Shown here: positions 54,504-60,855 of the stretch, in pieces
Position numbering within the stretch: position 1 is the first letter of the stretch
Layout: each line of letters starts with the position of its first letter
Source: an uncultured Eubacteriales bacterium
GTDB lineage: Bacteria; Acidobacteriota; Aminicenantia; Aminicenantales; Saccharicenantaceae
DNA: 60,855 nucleotides
Direction of reading: 5' to 3'
Assembly (NCBI GenBank): GCA_964458655.1
Contig: CAYWJT010000007.1
Coordinates: 1-60,855 of the forward strand
Program-made: the position numbers and the translations under genes
The notes under the pieces: generated by a model
The model's input: the letters and a program-made list of their open reading frames with translations, nothing else
The model's database searches: none
Told to the model about the DNA's origin: nothing

Positions 54504-54943
54504 ATGTGAACGATTCTTAATCCGTTCCCATCTTGCTCTTTTATTTTCATCGCGACGGCCGAGCGGTGACAATATTCCGGAATACGCTCGAAGCACATTA
54601 GGCAGTTGATGCCATCACGCACATACTCGTAGGCTTTTAAGATAGCCTCTGGATTATCATCAAGATACTTCATATATGACGAAAAGAACTTTTCATAATC
54701 ATGGTCATCCTTGAGTTGGCGACGCATATGGGAGGGGCTGCCGAGCGACTTGATGTGTACGTACTTAATGTCCGCGGACTCTGCCCGGCTCTTTAGCAGT
54801 GACTTTGAGAATCCCTTCTTTCTCGATATTGGTATTTCCCTTACATCTATGAGCCGGGTTATATTGAAGGTTTTAAGATAGGCTATAAATGTATTGATGT
54901 CTCGGCCTTCATAACCAACGGTATATAGCTCCAGACCATTCAT
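54500..54943 (-). CDS. DUF488 family protein
   Basis: LYTVGYEGR, LIDVREIPISRKKGFSK, IKYVH...LG, CLMCFE....CHRS motifs. Confidence 0.85.
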   Translation of the reverse strand: MNGLELYTVGYEGRDINTFIAYLKTFNITRLIDVREIPISRKKGFSKSLLKSRAESADIKYVHIKSLGSPSHMRRQLKDDHDYEKFFSSYMKYLDDNPEAILKAYEYVRDGINCLMCFERIPEYCHRSAVAMKIKEQDGNGLRIVHI

Positions 54944-55581
54944 CCTTTACATTATACTGCAGTCTGTTCGGCGAAAAGCAAGGGGAAAAATTCTTCCGCA
55001 TTAATGACTCTGGCAAGGCCTCTTGAGGCGCCGCTATCCACACCCTTTCAACCCGAGGAGAAATCTCGCCCATTGGTATATACTCAAGGGGCTAAGGCAC
55101 ATTTTTCATAGCCGATTTGCCGGATGTACATGTAAATAAGCTTCATGAGGGGATACCGAATCCCGCTGGTCTCACTAATGCTCGCCTGCTCCCTCCGGAA
55201 ATAGTCGTTTTTTTCCATCTAATGAAGCATGAAGGATGTGGCGCCGGCGAAGCTGACGGGTTTAAGCCGAGTCGGGTCTTGCAGACGTCTCCGTATGAGA
55301 CGACAGGTCGTCCAGGGCGCAGAGTTAGCACGGGAAGCCCTTAAAACGATCCCTGGGAAGGCGGACCGTTTTCTGGAGGCCTGAAACTCGAAAGTTCGTT
55401 CAAAGCTTTTGGCGGTTCGATTGACTAATATAATTGGAGGCGGAGCTGCTAAACATGGCCAGACGAGGAAGCGACGCTGGGGCTGGCTGTCCCCAGGCCG
55501 GTCGTTGACGCCTGCCGCGGCGTTGAGATAGAATAGAAAAAGGGAAGGGGCCATAGATTAACGGCTGAAAAGGAGGATCCC

Positions 55582-57363
55582 ATGCATCGTCTGATGCGCG
55601 CCCTGGCTTATTGTCTTCTGGCCGTGGCGGCCTTGTCGGGCCTCGGCCTCGTCACATCCTGCGTCGTCGCCACCGACTCCTTGTCGGGCAGGACCGGCAG
55701 CCTCAACATCCTGCTGACCGACGCTCCCGCCGACGACTGGCAGGAAGTTTCCGTCCTTCTCAAGTCCATCAGCCTTTACAATCGGGACAGCCGCGTCTGG
55801 CAGCAGGTCTGGGCGGCCGACCCGGCCAACGCGGAGTCGGGCAGGGTCAACCTGGTCGACCTGAGCGGCGTCGCGCTCATCCTGGCCCAGGCCACGATCC
55901 CCGAGGGCACATACAACCGGCTGAAGATGGTCATCAACACCAACCCGTCCACGATGAAGCTCGTCGACGACTCGGGCAACGTCATCGACCCGTCCCTGAT
56001 CCGGATCGTCAACTCCGTACCCCTGGGCGAGGTCCGCGTCGACCTCGACCCGGCCGTCACGGTCACGGCCGACGGGACCGCCAACCTGCAGGTCGATTTC
56101 GACCTGGCCCACCCGCTTTCGATCGTCAACCTGAACGGCGTCATCTGGCTGAACTTCCAGCTCCGGCATAAGCCTCTCCCGCACAAGCTCTTCACGCTCC
56201 AGTTCGCCCGCAGCATCGGGCAGATAACGGCGGCCGCGGCCGACGGCACGAATTTCACCATCAAAACGCTCAACGCGGCCGAGATCACGTTCAATGTCAA
56301 CTCCAACACCATCTATGTGGACGCCGACACCAGGCAGCCGGGCAGTTTCAGCGGCCTGGCGGCCCTGGCCGGCACGGGCTACGCCCTGGTGGCCTCCAAC
56401 ATGAACGCCGACGGCAGTCTCTTCGCCCGGCGCGTCTGGTACTCTGCTAGCGTGGATGCCCTGCCGCGCTTCACGCCCGAGGGCATCGTCAGGCGCGTCG
56501 GCGAGAACTGGATCCGGGTCATGAAGCAGAAGCCCCAGACCGTGGCGCCGGCCCGCTTCAGGTGCGACTGGAACGCCGAGACGATCTTCATCGACGAGAA
56601 CACGGCGTGGAAGTTCCGGGGCGATGTCCACATGGGCGCCGGCCTGGGCGTCCTCCAGTTCATCAAGCGCGGCTTCCGTGTGGAAGTCACGCTGGTCGAC
56701 CCGTCCGCCGCGATGAAAGTCGCGGCCGAGGTCAACGTCCTCTGGGCCCACGAAGAAGGCGCCATAACCGCCGTATCGGAAACAGGCATCACCATGGGCT
56801 GGTGGGGCCACGCGACCCATACCCTGCCGTACAGCGCGGTCGAGAACCATGGCTTCTCCTGGTGGTATTTCGGCCTGCCCTGGACGGCTTCCACGAACGT
56901 CCAGGACTTCATTGACACCGTCAACCAGGCCTTGAACGCCCGCCTCTGGGTTTTCGCCATGGCCGGGCTCTACTGGGATGAGCTCGGCGGCGGCTGGGCG
57001 GTCGAACATCTCGTCCTCGCGCCGGAGAAGCTGGCCGAGCCGACCGCGATCACGACCGGCTACAGCGCCGATACCGGGACCATGGACGTGACGACCTACT
57101 GCTGGTGGGACGCCGCGACGCCGCAGTTGATGACCATCCATCTGGACGCGACCGGCGACTTCCAGACGGTCGTGGGCTCGTTCAGTTTCAACACGACGAC
57201 CAAGGTCCTGTCGGTGACGTTCCCGGTCAACCCGAGCGATTGGCCGGCCCTGCTCACCCCGGCGCTGCCCAGGGTCCAGATCTGGGTCAGGCCGGTCAAG
57301 GGCAGCGACGGCACCTTCACCTGGCACGCTTACACGGTCCTGGCCTACCAGCTCACGAGCTGA
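55582..57363 (+). CDS. DUF4382-domain secreted/lipoprotein with repeated beta-rich modules
   Basis: aggagg RBS; signal ending LVTSC; GSLNILLTDAP, PEGTYN, LQVDFDL are typical of DUF4382. Confidence 0.75.
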   Translation: MHRLMRALAYCLLAVAALSGLGLVTSCVVATDSLSGRTGSLNILLTDAPADDWQEVSVLLKSISLYNRDSRVWQQVWAADPANAESGRVNLVDLSGVALILAQATIPEGTYNRLKMVINTNPSTMKLVDDSGNVIDPSLIRIVNSVPLGEVRVDLDPAVTVTADGTANLQVDFDLAHPLSIVNLNGVIWLNFQLRHKPLPHKLFTLQFARSIGQITAAAADGTNFTIKTLNAAEITFNVNSNTIYVDADTRQPGSFSGLAALAGTGYALVASNMNADGSLFARRVWYSASVDALPRFTPEGIVRRVGENWIRVMKQKPQTVAPARFRCDWNAETIFIDENTAWKFRGDVHMGAGLGVLQFIKRGFRVEVTLVDPSAAMKVAAEVNVLWAHEEGAITAVSETGITMGWWGHATHTLPYSAVENHGFSWWYFGLPWTASTNVQDFIDTVNQALNARLWVFAMAGLYWDELGGGWAVEHLVLAPEKLAEPTAITTGYSADTGTMDVTTYCWWDAATPQLMTIHLDATGDFQTVVGSFSFNTTTKVLSVTFPVNPSDWPALLTPALPRVQIWVRPVKGSDGTFTWHAYTVLAYQLTS

Positions 57364-57383
57364 AGTTCACGCCGATTCGCTTC

Positions 57384-57420
57384 AGGCGGCCGCGGGTCGA
57401 GAGCCCGCGGCCGCCTTTTT
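57384..57420 (+). terminator. Rho-independent terminator
   Basis: aggcggccgcggg-tcgaga-gcccgcggccgcc-ttttt. Confidence 0.85.
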
Positions 57421-57562
57421 CGCCTCGGGGACAGGCACTCTTAAGAACGCCGCGGCCGCCGGCCCTCTCTTCTCCGGCTGGCGTTCCCGTATTTCCGGGG
57501 ATTGCCCTCCGCGAGGCCCCTCAGATGAAACACACGTTCTTCCCATCATAGAGGCGGGCGGG

Positions 57563-57591
57563 TTGACACCCGGGGGCACGGCCCTTATAAT
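57563..57591 (+). promoter_or_regulatory. Consensus sigma70 promoter of tmRNA
   Basis: TTGACA-17 nt-TATAAT, perfect consensus. Confidence 0.8.
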
Positions 57592-57609
57592 TGTCTTGAA
57601 AGGAGTTAT

Positions 57610-57963
57610 GGGGGCGAACTGGTTTCGACGGAGGTAATGAGACAGAAGTGGCATGCCGAGGTCCCACCCACCTCGCTAAACCGGTGGAAAACAATTAACT
57701 GCAGAACCTCTAGCAGTAGCGGCCTGATAGAAAGGCACGCCGTTCCCGGGACCCTCTCCCGCGGGGTGTCGGGAGCGTCGACCAAGCGGGATAGCGAGCC
57801 GGCTTCGCCCTGAAGCCGGGGAGCGAAGCTCAACTTCGGGGCTGGTTTCGCGGAGCTCTTCCTCTTCGAGCACTGCGGAATGAGACAGTGGAAGAGGATA
57901 AGCATGTAGTCACTTCCTGTTGAATGCCTTCGGACGCGGGTTCGATTCCCGCCGCCTCCACCA
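57610..57963 (+). ncRNA. ssrA: tmRNA; tag reading frame AEPLAVAA
   Basis: 5' GGGGGCGAACTGGTTTCGAC; 3' GGGTTCGATTCCCGCCGCCTCCACCA; TAACT followed by GCA GAA CCT CTA GCA GTA GCG GCC TGA TAG at 57701-57730. Confidence 0.95.
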
Positions 57964-57980
57964 TTTCCTGCTTACAGAAC

Positions 57981-58826
57981 ATGGCCAGAACCGAAAAAAA
58001 AGAGCACCGGAATAGGCCGACCCCTGTCGCCCTCGTCGCGCTGACCGCCATCGCCCTTATCCTTCTCGCCGGGATTGGCATAGAGGCGGCGGGACGGCAA
58101 ACCTCCCAGGAATCCGCCCGTCCGACGCAGAAGCCCGATGAGAACCGCATCAAGACCGTCGTCCTCGACCCGGGGCACGGCGGGATCGAAGTCGGGGCGA
58201 AGGGCAAGCTCGGAACGCTGGAGAAGGACGTCACCCTGGCCGTCGCCCTCAAGCTCAAGACCCTGATCGAGAAGTCCATGGCCTTCGACGTCGTCCTGAC
58301 CCGAGACCGGGACATCGATGTGCCCATCGAGAACCGGGCGGCCATCGCCAACAACCGCAAGGCCGACCTGTTCATTTCCATCCACGCCAACGGCTCGCGA
58401 CGCGACACCGCCCAGGGGTCCGAGACCTATTTCATGAGCCTCAACGCCACCGACGAGGAGACGCGGCGGCTGGCCTACCTGGAGAACAAGGGGACGGAAA
58501 TAGGGAACAGGATAGCCTCCTCGAGCGAGGACGAGCTGAAACTCATACTCTGGGACATGGCCCAGACGGCCTTCATCCGCCAGAGCAGCGGGCTCGCCGA
58601 GTTCATCCAGGAGGAGCTCAACATCCTGCTCGGAACGAAGAACCGCGGCGTGAAGCAGGCGCCCTTCAAGGTGCTGTGCGGAGTGGCCGCGCCGGCCGTC
58701 CTGGTCGAGGTGGCCTTCATCTCCAACCCGGAAGAGGAGAAGAAGCTGCTCAACGAGGATTACCAGCAGGGCGTGGCCCAGGCCATCTACAGCGGCCTCG
58801 CGAAATTCCTCCAATCGTACAAGTGA
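57981..58826 (+). CDS. N-acetylmuramoyl-L-alanine amidase (Amidase_3)
   Basis: VVLDPGHGG, EKDVTL, LFISIHAN, GSETY, AVLVEVAFISN. Confidence 0.93.
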   Translation: MARTEKKEHRNRPTPVALVALTAIALILLAGIGIEAAGRQTSQESARPTQKPDENRIKTVVLDPGHGGIEVGAKGKLGTLEKDVTLAVALKLKTLIEKSMAFDVVLTRDRDIDVPIENRAAIANNRKADLFISIHANGSRRDTAQGSETYFMSLNATDEETRRLAYLENKGTEIGNRIASSSEDELKLILWDMAQTAFIRQSSGLAEFIQEELNILLGTKNRGVKQAPFKVLCGVAAPAVLVEVAFISNPEEEKKLLNEDYQQGVAQAIYSGLAKFLQSYK

Positions 58827-58832
58827 GCGGTC

Positions 58833-59441
58833 ATGGCAAGCAGAAGGAAGAGAACGAAGAACCTCAATAAATGGCTGCTGCTCGGCGGCCTGACCGTGCT
58901 TCTCGTCATCCTGGTCGCGGTCTTTTTCTCCGACGGCGCCAAGGAGAAGGTCAAGCGCTTCGCCGAGCAGAACCTGCCCAAGCCCGCGGCTGCCCCTTCG
59001 CCCTCCGGGCCGGTCGCCCGGACGAGCGTGACCCTTTTCTTCCTGTCCGAGGATGACGACCTGCTCCACAAGGAAACCAGGGAGATCCCGGCCGGGCCTT
59101 CGACGGCGGACGAGGCCGAGCGGGTCATCGCCGAGCTCGTCAAGGGCTCCTTTAAGGGCCTGCTCTCGCCCCTGCCTCCCGAGACCCGCGTGCGCCAGGT
59201 CTTCGTCAGCAAGGAAGGCGTCGCCTACGTCGACTTGAGCAGGGAAGCCGCCGACAAGTTCGCCTACGGATCTTCATCGGAGCTCGGCGCCGTGTACTCC
59301 ATCGTCAACAGCCTGGCCTACAATTTCAAGTCCGTGAAAAGGGTGACCATACTGGTCGAAGGGGCCGAGCGCGAGACCCTGGGCGGCCACATCGATATTT
59401 CCAGGCCCATCGCGCCCGACTTCAAGCTCGTGGCCAGATGA
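58833..59441 (+). CDS. GerMN domain-containing membrane-anchored protein
   Basis: N-terminal TM; ELVKG..SPLPPETRV, VAYVDLS, E..AVYSIVNSL, ETLGGHID. Confidence 0.85.
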   Translation: MASRRKRTKNLNKWLLLGGLTVLLVILVAVFFSDGAKEKVKRFAEQNLPKPAAAPSPSGPVARTSVTLFFLSEDDDLLHKETREIPAGPSTADEAERVIAELVKGSFKGLLSPLPPETRVRQVFVSKEGVAYVDLSREAADKFAYGSSSELGAVYSIVNSLAYNFKSVKRVTILVEGAERETLGGHIDISRPIAPDFKLVAR

Positions 59442-60790
59442 GGTCCGGCGGGGAGCCGACCGTGAAAAAAATCCCGCGGGTCGCCATCGTCGGCTTCCCC
59501 AACGTCGGAAAATCCACGCTGTTCAACCGCCTCACCGGGAAGAGGAAAGCCCTGGTCCACAGCCTGCCCGGCATGACCCGGGACTGCATCGAAGAGAAGG
59601 TGGAGCTCGCAGGCAGGAGCTTCATCCTGGTTGACACCGGCGGGCTGTTCGGCGTGCCCGACGAGCCGCTCAGCGACCTCGTCAGGGAGCGGGCCTGGCG
59701 GGAGGTCGAGCGGGCCGACCTCGTCCTGTTCATGTTCGACTCCAAAAGGGAAGTGACGCCCGCCGAAGAGGAGCTGCTTTCGTCCGTGAGGAAGACGGGC
59801 GTGCCGCGCCTGCTCGTCGTCAACAAGGTGGATTCGCCGGAGCAGGAGGCCGCGGCCGCTTCCTTCTACAGGCTCGGCGAGAAGGAAACGCTCTTCGTTT
59901 CGGCGGAGCATAAGCGCAACATCGAGCTTTTGGAAGAGGCCGTCGCGCGGGCCCTGGCGCCCGGCGAAGGGGCCGGCGACAAAGAACAGGAGCCGCTCCG
60001 GGTGGCCATAGTCGGCCGCATAAACGTCGGCAAATCCTCCATTATCAACAGGTTGCTCGGGGACGAGCGTCTGCTCGTCAGCGAGATCCCGGGCACGACC
60101 CGTGACAGCACCGATTCGCTCGTAGTGCGGTACGGCAGGCGTTACTGCCTCGTGGACACGGCCGGCATAAGGAAGATGGCCGACACCCGGGACAGCCGCG
60201 AAAAGGCCGGCATCCTGAGGGCCAAACAGAACATCAGGCGGGCCGACGTCATCTGCCTTGTTCTTGACGCGCGGGAGTTCCCGACCCGCCAGGACGCCCA
60301 CATCGCCCAGCTCGCCCACGACTCGGGCAAGCCGCTCATGATCGCCCTTAACAAGTGGGACCTCGTGGACAAGAAGGCCGTCGACCCGGAAGCCGTGCGC
60401 AGGATAATCTTCGGGAAGCTGGGCTTCGTCGACTACGCCCCTCTCCTGCTCATCTCGGCCCGGACCGGCCAGCGGGTGGCCCGGGTCCTGGACCTGGCCG
60501 GGGAGATCTACGAGAATGCCTCCCGCCGGGTCGAGACCTCCAGGCTGAACGCCTTTCTCGAGGCCGTCTCGGCGGCCCATCCGCCGCGCCTGGTGGACGG
60601 CGGCCGGGCCAAGCTCCGCTACATGACCCAGAAGGGCGTCAGGCCGCCCGCCTTCATCCTGTTCCTCGGCGGCCGGGGCCGGCTGCTCCCCGCCTATGAG
60701 AAGTATTTCTTGGAGGCCCTGAGGGAGAAGTTCGGGTTCCACGGCACTCCGCTGCGCCTGTTCGTCAGGGCCAGCCCGGGCCGCGGGTGA
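59438..60790 (+). CDS. der: Ribosome biogenesis GTPase Der (EngA)
   Basis: Two G domains: GFPNVGKSTL/DTGG/NKVD and GRINVGKSS/DTAGIR/NKWD; C-terminal KH-like domain. Confidence 0.96.
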   Translation: MRSGGEPTVKKIPRVAIVGFPNVGKSTLFNRLTGKRKALVHSLPGMTRDCIEEKVELAGRSFILVDTGGLFGVPDEPLSDLVRERAWREVERADLVLFMFDSKREVTPAEEELLSSVRKTGVPRLLVVNKVDSPEQEAAAASFYRLGEKETLFVSAEHKRNIELLEEAVARALAPGEGAGDKEQEPLRVAIVGRINVGKSSIINRLLGDERLLVSEIPGTTRDSTDSLVVRYGRRYCLVDTAGIRKMADTRDSREKAGILRAKQNIRRADVICLVLDAREFPTRQDAHIAQLAHDSGKPLMIALNKWDLVDKKAVDPEAVRRIIFGKLGFVDYAPLLLISARTGQRVARVLDLAGEIYENASRRVETSRLNAFLEAVSAAHPPRLVDGGRAKLRYMTQKGVRPPAFILFLGGRGRLLPAYEKYFLEALREKFGFHGTPLRLFVRASPGRG

Positions 60791-60803
60791 AGACCGGGGT
60801 TTC

Positions 60804-60855
60804 CTGAGCTCGTTCAGATACATAGGTGACACGATGGGCTATGATAGGTGCCGCC
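60804..60855. repeat. 52-bp terminal repeat, inverted copy of 3-54
   Basis: ctgagctcgttcagatacataggtgacacgatgggctatgataggtgccgcc; begins 13 nt after the der stop. Confidence 0.9.

Larger units (their letters stand above)
53467..55550. mobile_element. Low-GC genomic islet at the tRNA-Asp 3' end (no integrase or attR seen)
   Basis: Spot counts give 33-40% GC in lines 53761 and 54181 against about 65% in flanking genes; the shift begins right after CCA. Confidence 0.65.

Noticed and set aside
53440-57963. attL/attR direct repeats from tRNA-Asp or tmRNA defining an integrated element
   Set aside because: No duplicate of either 3' end was found in the window.

Overview
A GC-rich (about 65% in spot-counted coding lines) bacterial chromosomal segment, probably a complete contig. 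It is made mostly of housekeeping genes: glmS, dprA-topA-xerC, comEA, rdgB, eno, rplU-rpmA-obgE-nadD-rsfS-rlmH, comF, rsmI, a split NAD synthetase, ligA, murB, murA, lemA-htpX, an amidase-GerMN pair and der. Metabolic modules are an Rrf2 regulator fused into a pstSCAB-type ABC operon, a complete group 3d NAD-reducing [NiFe]-hydrogenase operon (hoxFUYHW-hypBA), a tungsten-type aldehyde:ferredoxin oxidoreductase, Met/Thr pathway enzymes and a eukaryote-like citrate synthase. RNA genes are four tRNAs (Lys, Glu, Val, Asp), tmRNA and a candidate 6S-like structured RNA. The least explained elements are: (1) a low-GC islet directly after tRNA-Asp carrying a translationally coupled pair, DUF488 plus a Cys-motif hypothetical protein, which is a candidate nucleic-acid repair or defence module; (2) a perfect 52-bp inverted repeat at the two window ends that looks like the start of an IS; (3) a dispersed GGGACAG-core REP/MITE family; and (4) an IscR-like operator controlling the Rrf2-pst operon. 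No CRISPR array, integrase-bearing prophage or rRNA was seen. Product calls rest on motif recognition by eye; no database searches were run.
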